Positions 1 through 9,992 are shown, counted from the first letter of the stretch. The stretch: DNA of 35,091 nt from Octopus bimaculoides (GCF_001194135.2 NC_068994.1:42473739-42508829); one strand, 5' to 3'. Numbers and translations are program-made. The notes: generated by a model not told the origin, from the sequence alone.

Positions 1-19
1 ATATATATATATATATATA

Positions 20-200
20 GTCAGAATTTACAAAAAACAAAAGATGAAGACAGGTGGTGTAGACAACAAACAGATGTATTAGTTTAACGCTTGGGAAGTG
101 AGAAAGTCTTTTACATTTCGAGCCTACACTCTTCAACAGAAAGGAACACAGAAATAAACAGGGAGAGAAAATAAAAAAGGTTTAGTGGCTAGCGATCTAT
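20..200 (-). mobile_element. Probable Penelope-like element terminal-repeat remnant carrying a decayed minimal hammerhead (108-143)
   Basis: The minus strand reads CTTT CTGTTGA A GAGT-GTAG-GCTC GAAA TG TA AAAG: a minimal hammerhead layout with a loopless stem III, typical of Penelope-like elements. The PLE assignment is inferred; no PLE ORF is visible. Confidence 0.45.
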
Positions 201-204
201 TATT

Positions 205-962
205 GCAAAATGGTAGAGGGAGACCCAGGAAGACATGGGATGAGGTGGTGAAGCGTGACCTTCAAATGTTGGGCTTCAAAGAGACAATGACAAAAGACCA
301 AGACCTCTGGAAATATGCTGTCATTAAGAAGACCTGGCAAGTAAAGTGAAATCATAGCCGTAACCTACACCAGTGTCACATAACCAGCCCATTTAAAAAG
401 TACCTTTGAATCGTCACGCGACATTCCATGCTTGAGGAGATCTATTGAGACAAGTAAAATCAAATCACAATCAAATGGAATTGTAGTTGAGGCTGATGCC
501 AGTGCCGCCTGACTGGCTCCCATGCTGGTGGAACACAATGGGTTGTTTCCAGTTCCACCTGACTGGCTCCCTGTGCCGGTGGCATGTAAAAAGCACCATC
601 CAAACATGGCCGATGCCAGCTTCCCCGCCCCGAGTGGCTCGTGTGCCGGTAGCACCTAAAAAGCACCATCTGAATGTGGCTAATGCGAGCGCTGCCTGAC
701 TGGCTCCTCATGCTGGTGGCACATAAAAAGCACCATCCAAACGTGGTCGATGCCAGCCCTGCATCGCCCCAACTGGTTCCCATGCCGGTGGTACGTAAAA
801 AGCACGCACTACACTCTCAGAGTGGTTGGCATTAGGAAGGGCATCCAGGTGTAGAAACACTGCCAGATCAGACTGGAGCCTGGTGCAGCTTCCTGGCTTG
901 CCAGTCTCCAGTCAAACCGTCCAACCCATGCCAGCATGGAAAACAGCCGTTAAATGATGATG
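205..962 (+). mobile_element. RTE-clade LINE, 5'-truncated (ORF C-terminus plus 3' UTR)
   Basis: 212-349 translates GRGRPRKTWDEVVKRDLQMLGFKETMTKDQDLWKYAVIKKTWQVK*, an RTE-type C-terminus. It is followed by a 3' UTR with ~70-bp subrepeats, GGAAGGGCATCC and a TAAATGATGATGAT tail. Confidence 0.85.
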
Positions 963-1035
963 ATATACATATATATATATAGATATATATATACACATAT
1001 ATAAATATATATACATACACACACACATATATATG

Positions 1036-1108
<73 letters not shown>

Positions 1109-1125
1109 ATATAGATAGATACATA
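961..1125. repeat. Compound (TA)n/(CA)n/(TG)n microsatellite
   Basis: Direct reading; it explains the HTHTHT/YIYI ORFs. Confidence 0.95.
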
Positions 1126-1297
1126 GTAAGACACACTCACACAAGCACACACTGCTTATTTAAGTTCTGATTACTAGAATAGAAACAGAAATAGATTAAA
1201 CCTATCGTGTCCTTAAATAATTTTAATGAACTACATTACTTTTAAGTTTCAAAGCAAAATCAAGAGATTTGGTGAAAAGCAACAAAATTTCAATAGG

Positions 1298-1394
1298 TTA
1301 TAGCAGTACGTACGTTTCGTACAAGCTACATTTATTCATGTAGTGAGAACACTACATAAAATGTACAATGAAAATGTACTCCTCAGCTGCATAA
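1298..1394 (-). ncRNA. Type I hammerhead ribozyme, intact catalytic core, extended stem II
   Basis: The minus strand reads TTAT-GCAG CTGAGGA GTAC[57 nt]GTAC GAAA CG-TA-CG TA CTGC-T-ATAA. All core nucleotides are present (CUGANGA, GAAA, GUA cleavage triplet). Stem I is 4+4 bp with one bulge, stem II opens GTAC/GTAC, and stem III is ACG/CGT. Confidence 0.8.
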
Positions 1395-2229
1395 TGGAAT
1401 TTCATTTTAGAAAGTCATTTTGTAGATGTATGCAAAAAACAAGAGTAAGAGAAGAAAACATACCATCTTGACTATGCTGCTGTTCAACAGTCTAAATGGA
1501 ATACAGTACATTACTAGATTGTAATAACTGGTAGAAAATTAATTTTTAAAAGATTGATCTTAGCTTGTTTCCATGTCAAAATACTAAAGCAACTAACTAG
1601 ATATAAAGAATCCATCTCAGAACTCTGGGCTGCATGTGTGTATTTCTGTCTGTGCAAGAATAGATAAGAACAATAAAGAACAATAAAAATGAGAGATGAA
1701 TTATGTGAGAGAAAAGGTGAATAAGTTGAGAGAAGGGAGTCTGATATGTAGTGGGCAACAAAGGATAAGGAGAGGCAGGTATTAGTAACAGCTACTAAGG
1801 GATAGAAATTTGGTAATAAGAAAATCATAGTTTTCTTATATTTACTACACTCTCCCCCCCTCTCTCTCCCTCTCTCGCTTTCTCTCTTATGTTATTTTAT
1901 TTTTATTTCTTGAAGAATTGGCATTGTTAAATTTTTTCACTTCCTGTCACTTTGACATTCTTCCTTTGTCAGAAATCAGATGAAAGCATTTAGCATTAGA
2001 TCTTCCTTTCAATATCAAATACAAGAAGAATTTTTTGCCTTTGAGAGATAATATGAAAGCAAAGTTGTTGCCCTTGAAATAATTTAAAGCCTTTGACCAA
2101 GTCTAGCATGAAACGTTTCTTGTAAACTCACTCACTGATATGCACCATTCACCTCAAACGCTCATTGATTAATACTTTTCTTTCAAAGCATCCATCTATA
2201 TTGTCTATATTTCACTGATATACAGTTAT

Positions 2230-2620
2230 TTCTCACACATATGGACGATTTATTACTACACAGACCAAACAGTTACATGTCATTCACTGCCATACAGCCA
2301 CCACAAACTCACCACCCTTCTATACAGCCATACAGTCAGCACATTCTGACCACTCATCTACACTCCCATACAGTCACTGCTTACTGACCACATATCTACA
2401 TTACCACATAATCCCCATATGCGGACCCCCCCCCTGCACTGCCATACAGTCATTATTCACTGACAACCCACTTATACTGTCATACATTCAGCACGTAATG
2501 ACCACACAGCTATAGAATCACCAGAGATTGACCACCCACCCACATAAACATACAGATACCAACACTGACCACCCACCTACACAGCTATACACATTCATCA
2601 GTCACTGACCATCCACCTGC
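2230..2620. repeat. Degenerate tandem repeat with recurring CTGACCAC and CATACAG motifs
   Basis: TGACCAC(C/A)CA and CATACAGTCA variants recur at roughly 40-55 bp spacing. Confidence 0.55.
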
Positions 2621-2736
2621 TCAGCCAAACTGTCCTATGACAATCTTACAATAATAAAGTGCAATGTGTGGTCCGATTGTTATGCTAGATGAGTAAAAAA
2701 GAGTAAAACAATGAATGGGGTGGGAGTGAGTTACAG

Positions 2737-3340
2737 ACGTACGTATGTATGTACGTATGTAAGTACGTATATAGGTATGTACGTACATATGTTCGTACAT
2801 AGGTACACACGTACGTAGGTACATACATACGTACATACAAATGTACATACGTACGCACATACGTACGTACATATATGCGTGCATACATACGTACATGCAT
2901 ACATACATACATACGTACGTACATACGTACATACATAAGTACGTACATACGTATGTATACGTACGTAATACGTACGAACATACATATCTACGTACATACG
3001 TACGTACGCACATACGTACGTGCGTAAATACGTACATAAGTACGCACGTACATACGTACGCACGTACATACGTACGCACGTACATACGTACGCACATACA
3101 TACGTACGCACGTACATACGTATGCACGTACATACGTACGTACATGCATACATATATACATACATGCATACATACATGCGTACGTACATACATACATAAT
3201 ATGTACATACGTACATAATACATACATACGTACGTACGTACGTAGTACGTATATACGTACATACGTATAAATACATACAGCCATACATACGTACGTACGT
3301 ACGAACATACGTACATACAAACATATATACGTACGTACGT
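2737..3340. repeat. ~600-bp (CGTA/CATA)n tetranucleotide satellite
   Basis: Near-continuous TACG/TACA units; they generate the MYVRT ORFs. Confidence 0.95.
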
Positions 3341-4480
3341 GGGGAGCCCTATAGCTCAGTTACGAGGGTGGCACTTCCTGGGTCGCACATCTGGGGAGCC
3401 CAATGGCACACTTACGAAGGTGGCACATCCGAGGGCGGCATTTCCTGGGTGGCACATCTGGGGAGCCCTATGTCACACATACGAGGGTAGCACTTCCTGG
3501 GTGGCACATTTGGGGAGCACCATGGCACAATTCCGAGGGTGACACATCCAAGAGTGGCACATCTGGGGAGCCCTATGGCACACGTACGAGGGTGGAACAT
3601 CCGAGGGTGTCACTTCCATGTGGCACATCTAGGGAGCCCCATGGCACAGTTCCGAGGGTGGCACTACCATACAAAAATATAAGGAAACTAACGGAAAGTA
3701 ACAGAAACAAACGGAAACAAACGAAAACTAACGGAATGTGCCACCCTCGTAAGCGTGTTATTGGGCTCCCCATATGTGCCGCCAAGGATGTGCTACCCTC
3801 GTAAATGTGTTCATCTTGTTAATACTAGAGTAAACTATCTTTACCAGTAGCTAGCTATCAGAGATCTGCATCCTTCAGAAATTCCCAAACCCTAACCCTA
3901 ACCCCCTGACCTTTGACCCTTGACCCATGGCCCCTGACCTTTTACCCTTGGTCCCTGACCTTTGACCCCTTGGCCCTTGACCCCTGACCTTTGACCCCTT
4001 ACCTTTGGCCCTTGACCCTGACCCTAACACATCCTGGGTGGCACATCTGGGGAGCCCTATGGCACAATTAGAGGGTGGAAGATCTGGGGAGCCCTATGGC
4101 ACATTTCCGAGTGTTGCACTTCCTAGGTGGCACATCTGGGGAGCACTATGGCACTTCGGCACTTCCTGGGTGGCACTTCTGTGGACCGCATGGCAGTTCT
4201 GGGGGTCCCACTTCGAAGGGTGGCACAACAAGGACTGACCTTCCCTGCACCGAAAGCTGGTGGCTCTTCCTATATGGCACATCTGAGGAGTCCTATGGCA
4301 CAGTTACGGGGGGGGGACTTCCGATGGTGGCACTTCCAGGGTGGCACATCTGGGGAGTCCTATGTCACAGTTACGTGGGTGGCACATCTGGGGAGCCCGG
4401 GAACCCTATGGCACAGTTCCAAGGGTGGCACTTTAACAGGGACTGACCTTCCCTGCACCGAAAGATTCATTAACTCCAAG
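3341..4480. repeat. Composite repeat: GGGTGGCACATCTGGGGAGCCCTATGGCACA units, an inverted copy and a telomere-like core
   Basis: Forward units at 3341-3670 and 4030-4440, a reverse-complement unit at 3733-3812, and a CCCTAA/CCTTTGA tract at 3886-4027. Confidence 0.75.
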
Positions 4481-4579
4481 TCCATCTGACAAGCCATCGA
4501 CGTCAAATAGTCCCGCAGTTTAGAGAATGTAGCAAGTAAAAGATAAAATAGTAACTTCGATATAACAGATATGGGAGTG

Positions 4580-5055
4580 GTGGGGAGAAGGAGGAGGAGC
4601 AGCAGCAGCAGCAAAAGCAGCAGAATTAGTAACAGCTGTTACTAATCTATTAACAGTAGTATTAGACATAGCAGCAACAGCAGCGGCAACAGCAGCAATA
4701 ACTGCTACAGTAGTAATATATTCAACAGTTAGTGTAGCATCAACAATAGATAAGGTAGCAGCAGCAGTAGCCGCAGAAACAGCAGCAGCTGTAACTTCGG
4801 TTATACACGACAGCAGCAGTAACAACAGCATCAGTAATTCCAGCGATATACGGCAGCGGCAGCAGTAACAGCAGCAACTGTAACTTCGGCAATATATACA
4901 GCAGCAGCAGAGACAGCAGCACCAGTAATTTCAGCGATGTTTACAGCAGCAGTTGCTGTAACAGCAACAGCAGTAATTTCAGCAATGTTTACAGCAGTAA
5001 TAGTACCAACAGAAGTAGTAATAACAACAACAATAACATTAGCACGAACAGCAAC

Positions 5056-5086
<31 letters not shown>

Positions 5087-6056
5087 ACAGTAACAGCAGC
5101 AACACAAGTAAGTCAGGACACTAGCAACAACAACAAAAACAAAAATAGCAGCATTGAAAGTGAAAGTGAAAGTAGAAGCAGCAGTAAATATTGGCAGCCA
5201 CAATAACATGACCAACATGAGTGACAGTGGGAATGTTAGTAGGGTCAACATCATTAATGGAGGTAACAACATCCAAAAGGACAATATAAACAATGGCAGG
5301 GCTAACAGCAGTGAACACAGCAATAGTAGGGTCAATGTCAACAAGATTGGAGACATTAGTCGGAACAATATAAGTAGCAGTAGGGCTAATGGTAGTGAGA
5401 ACAATAATAGCAGGGTCATCATCAACATAACTTGTGATAGTAGTTAAAATACCCATTAGCAAAAGCAGGGCTAACAGCAGTGAGAACAGTAATGGCAGGT
5501 TCAAGACTGACAAAACTGGAGACGTTAGTGGGAACACTATTAGCAAAGTAGGGCTAGCAGCATGGGCAACATCAACAAAACTTGAGTGCAGTAGATACAG
5601 TGACATTATGGGATACAATATCAACTGCATGAGTCACAGCATCCACTGCAGAAGCTGCACTAGCAGTGTGAGTTATAACATCAACTGCATTGATAACTGC
5701 AGTGACAGTGTGTGATACACTATTGAGTGCAGCAGATGCAGCAGTGACAGCATTGCATACAATAACAACTGCAATAACAGCATGGGTAACTGCAGCAGCA
5801 GCTGCGATAGCAATATGCGTTAAAACATCAACTGCACATCAGTAGCTGCGATATAAGCTGCAATCATGAGTAAAAGCTGTAACTGCAGCAATAGCAGTAT
5901 TGGTAGTATGAGTTACAGCACCAACTGCAGCATCAGCAAAAGTAACAGTATAGGCTACAGCATGAACTGCATCAGTTGCAACAAAACAACAACTACAACA
6001 ACAGCTGCATAGTCAACATCAGTTCTCCCTTGTCAAGGAAGGAATCAAACTATTAA

Positions 6057-6124
<68 letters not shown>

Positions 6125-6130
6125 CTACTG
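4580..6130. repeat. Long degenerate trinucleotide-derived (AGC/AGT/AAC) low-complexity region with an internal 84-bp minisatellite
   Basis: CAG/TAG/CAA runs throughout; AGGGCTA recurs at 5298, 5382, 5467 and 5550. Confidence 0.85.
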
Positions 6131-6149
6131 CTGTTATTACTAATACTGA

Positions 6150-6372
6150 TAAGGCAGCAAGCTGGCAGAATCGTTAGCATGCTGGGCAAAATGCTTAGAG
6201 GTATTTCATCTGCCACTATGTTCTGAGTTCAAATTCCACAGAGGGTCGACTTTGCCTTTCATCCTTTCGGGGGGGGGGGTCGATTAAATAAGTACCAGTT
6301 TCGTACTTGGGTCGATGTAATCGACTTAATCCCATCCCCCAAATTTGAGGCCCTGCGCATCCAGTAGAATAG
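6150..6372 (+). mobile_element. SINE family 1 (tRNA-like head, Nin/Deu-like central box)
   Basis: AAGGCAGCAAGCTGGCAGAA head, GAGTTCAAATTCC B-box-like motif and TTTGCCTTTCATCCTTTCGGGG central box; at least 10 homologues occur in the window. Confidence 0.85.
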
Positions 6373-7069
6373 ATTACTACTACTACTACTACTACTACAA
6401 CTTCTACGTCTAATGCTGCTGCTACTAATACTACTTACATTACTACTACTACTACTACTACTACTACTAACGCTGCTACTGTTGCTGCTGCTGCTATTGC
6501 TACTGCTAATACTACTTGCATTAGGGGTAGCAATAGTAATTTTCTCATCCTGATCCCGATCATCATCATCATCATCATCTTCAGTAGCAGCAGAAGTAAC
6601 AGAGGTAGTAGCAGCAAAAGCAGCAGCAGCAGCAACAGTAGTAGTAGTAGTAGTCATACAGAAAGACATATCAATCTTAATACAAATTTTGCTCTTACAA
6701 ATATTATTCTTATTCTCTGCATTCTCCGTGCATCTCACAGCGCCAATGTCTTGCCAGTTTCCGTAGTTTCTCTTCCATACTAAACATATTCCTGACCAAA
6801 CAATGTTAAAAGAAGAAATATCACACAAGAATTCTTGGGGAACGCTTTTGTAAACAGGAACATTTTGATATTTCGTACACGTATTTTCTCGTTTCAGTTT
6901 TGTATTTCAATTCTTCAAACTAGAAAATGCAATTTGAAGTTTTACATTAACAGCAGTCTTAAAAGATGTTGATACCGTTGGCAAAACTTCTGCTGTCAAA
7001 CTGATTTAAATCAGTAATGTTTCTCAAATGTTGTTGCTCGCTCTAGGCACTCCTACTGCCCCCCCCCTT

Positions 7070-7310
7070 TTCTTCTTCTTCTTCTTTTTCTCTCTTCTAA
7101 CTTCTAGTTTCTTCTTTTTCTTTCTTCTAGCTTCTAGTTTCTTCTTCTTTTTGTTGTTGTTGTTCTTCTTCTTCTAGACTCTGGTTTACTCTTCTCCTTC
7201 TTGTTGTGTTTGTTGCTGTTGTTGTTGTTGTTCTTCTTCTTCTAGCTTACTCTCCTCCTCCTCCTCTTTCTTCTTCTTCTTCTTCTCCTCCTCCTCCCCC
7301 TTCTTCTTCC
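7070..7310. repeat. (CTT)n/(GTT)n/(CCT)n pyrimidine-rich compound microsatellite
   Basis: Direct reading. Confidence 0.9.
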
Positions 7311-7548
7311 AATTTTCTAAGCTATGAACATTCGAGAATAAATTTTAGACATCTTTAACAAAACAAAAAATATAAAATAAACAGACAAACAAATAAATAC
7401 ATAAATACTGCAAAACGAATAAAGAAATAAATAAATATAAAGATAAACATTAACAAACAAAACAAAAAAAAAGAACAAAAATACAGACAAACAAGCAAAT
7501 AACACGAAGAAACATACTTGTAGTAACTTCAAAATAGAAGTGTTGTAC

Positions 7549-7585
<37 letters not shown>

Positions 7586-8189
7586 GTAGAACTATTATAC
7601 AATAATAGGAATCAAAAGTTGGTTGCTTGTCAAGTGCCTGGCAGGTTTGGCAATCAACAGAGAAAACCAAATGGAGCTTGAAAATAATTCTATGGAGATA
7701 TTGATAAACAACTTTAATTTAGAATTAAATTCTGAGAATGAAATTTTTGGTAAAAATTTTTCTCCACTATCTGCCGGAACATTGACATTTTCTAAAATGA
7801 TTAAAGTTGATTAACAGTTTGATCACTCGTAAATGTTTAGTGTAAAACACTGCAGTTGGAGAGACAAGCCCTCCAATAAAATTCTTTTAGTTAAATCATA
7901 TAACAGTTATATTGTTGTTCAGTCGTTGTTGTTGTTGTTGTTGTGGTGGTGATGGTGGTGTCTTTGGGGGCATGTGCGTATGTTTATACATAACATGTTT
8001 ATTCTGTATTACAGTTTTAAAGTCAAAACAGGAGAGCCCAAAGGTAAGGGGAACAAATCTTCAATCGGTAAATTCAATAAAGCACTACTTTAATGAAATT
8101 TATGAACAGTTACACACATATCAAAAGGAATTACTACTACTGCTACTACTACCATCACCACCACCACCACTACTACTACTACCATCACC

Positions 8190-8675
8190 ACCAGTCACTG
8201 TGTCTCCATAACTTGTAATGGTTTTGGGTAAGTCTAGCACATTCGTTCATGATATGGGAAATGGTTTCATACACTCTATTACAGTCACAGCACACTGGAG
8301 ACACTTGCTCACTCCAAAGGCTGACCCTCTGATTTGTGGCCAAAGTTTGGTCTTGCACTACCAGTATAGTGCTCTTCAGTCATTCCTATGTGTTCTAGCA
8401 ACTTCAGCTGTGGCTGCATGGAATTGATTGCATAGTTCCCTTGTTGCGTAATACTTCTTCATGTCCTTTTTATACTCCTTGCTTTGTTTTCCCCTTTTCT
8501 CTGCTTTCAATACTCCCTCATTCCTATCTGATGCTAGCAAGATTTCCTTACTTTGGGATTGGTATCTCAGTAAGCACCTAAGTTCAATATGTACACAGTC
8601 TTCCACTCTTATCAGCCCCCTTCTTCCAATTGCTCCCTTCATGTATAGGCAATCAGTGAATTCACTTGGATGATG
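8190..8675 (-). mobile_element. Dong/R4-like LINE internal fragment (post-RT region to CCHC knuckle), degenerate
   Basis: GRRGLIRVEDCVHIELRCLLRY...NEGVLKAEK matches the R4/Dong GGRGL region, followed by ETISHIMNECARLTQNHYKLWRH. Homologous to 15870-16390. Confidence 0.8.
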
Positions 8676-8711
8676 GCTTTGTTGTTGTTGTTATTATTAT
8701 TATTCAGTAGT

Positions 8712-8885
8712 CTTTTTTAATGTGCTTTCACTGCACTACCAAGTGCAGCTCAGTGCGGCTTGGGTATGTGCTGTGATCTGCTGTGATGTTCTTATGGTTA
8801 CTGTATTGAAAGTGTTTTATGTAAGACGTGTGTGGTGCCTAGTAAAGCTACTTTTTGTATGTTATATATACTTGTGGGTCCTGGT
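8712..8885 (-). mobile_element. Dong/R4-like LINE 3' end (ORF C-terminus plus 3' UTR)
   Basis: Translates SIYNIQKVALLGTTHVLHKTLSIQ* (the IQKxALLGTAHIL-type terminus of RLE LINEs), then a short UTR and an (AAT)n tail. Homologous to 33120-33290. Confidence 0.75.
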
Positions 8886-9009
8886 GTTTTTGTTATGTGT
8901 TTGTCTGAATACTTTTTATCATATTACTGAATATTTTTTTCTTCATATGTCTGAATATTTTTATCATCATCGTCATCATCATCATATTATTATTATTATT
9001 ACTAATACT

Positions 9010-9200
9010 GAAAGTGGAAACTTGGCATAATAATTAGCACATGAAACGAAATGCTTAGTGGTATTTCTTCTGGCTCTCTATGTTCTAAGTTCAAATTCCA
9101 CCAAAGTCAACTTTGCCTTTCATCTTTTCAGCACTGGGAATCAAAGCAATCAATTTACTCCCTCCCCTTAAATTGCTGGCATTGTGCCAAAATTTGAAGC
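9010..9200 (+). mobile_element. SINE family 1, diverged
   Basis: GAAATGCTTAGTGGTATTTC, AAGTTCAAATTCCACC and CTTTGCCTTTCATC motifs. Confidence 0.8.
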
Positions 9201-9774
9201 CATTATTATTGGTCAACTAAGCAAGTAACCAATGATATACTAGTTGATTAATAATAATAACACAAAGTGAAATAGAATCAGTGTATGTATTTCTATTGGC
9301 AAAATTATCTTCCCAAATTGCAACAATATTTTTGTTTCCATGAAATTCGTTTGATTGACAACAGTGGTTCTAGCGTTTGTTGTTTCTCCTCCTATCTACA
9401 TCCTTTATTCTTTTCTTTCTGATTTCCTTGGCGTTTTTACATGGTCTCTTTGACAGCGTCTTCCTCTGTATTTCTAACAGATGCCATCCCAGTACTTTCA
9501 ACAGTAACCAGCTCTTCATCAATGACAACAGCTGACATTTCTTGGCCTTTAGTGATTGTCATCTTGTCAACAACACATTAACCACAAATGACGCTGTCTT
9601 ATGATTTACACAAAACTTTTGTTTCAAGATTGTCTTAATAATTTATAAAGTTATCTTAATATGTAGTGTTTTTTTCTTTTTTCTTTTAATCTATTTGTCT
9701 CACTATGCTTTGCAATCTTGCAAAAAAATGGTCATATTTCCAAAAATTAATGTAACAGAATAATAACTTTTAAA

Positions 9775-9992
9775 TTTTGGCACAAGGCCTGCAATTTTAA
9801 GGGTAGAGGGGGCAAGTCAGTTATATTAACTCTAATACTCGAGTGATACTTTATTGTATCGACCTATCAACCTCAAAAGTATGAAAGGTAATGTCAATTT
9901 CAATGGTATTTGAGCTTGGAATGCTTAGAGCCAAAAGAGATGCTGCAAACTATTTTGTCTGAAGTGCTAATGATATTGCCAGCTCACCTTAC
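9775..9992 (-). mobile_element. SINE family 1, diverged
   Basis: Reverse complement of the head (TGCCAGCTCACCTTA on +) and of the central box (ATGAAAGGTAATGTC). Confidence 0.75.

Noticed and set aside
868-3324. Long ORFs such as MYVCSYVRT and HTHTHT
   Set aside because: They are translations of di- and tetranucleotide repeats. The same applies to the ORFs at 13831-15123 and 27877-28371.
3341-3670. CRISPR-like repeat/spacer appearance
   Set aside because: The context is eukaryotic, the units are degenerate, the spacers are related to each other, and there are no cas genes.
8345-8380. Minus-strand CTGAAGA GCACTA-TACTGG-TAGTGC hairpin resembling a hammerhead
   Set aside because: It is followed by AAGA, not GAAA, and lies inside LINE coding sequence.
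9437-9562. Minus ORF MTITKGQEMSAVVIDEELVTVESTGMASVRNTEEDAVKETM*
   Set aside because: It has only 41 codons, a weak acceptor, an in-frame stop just upstream and no recognisable family.
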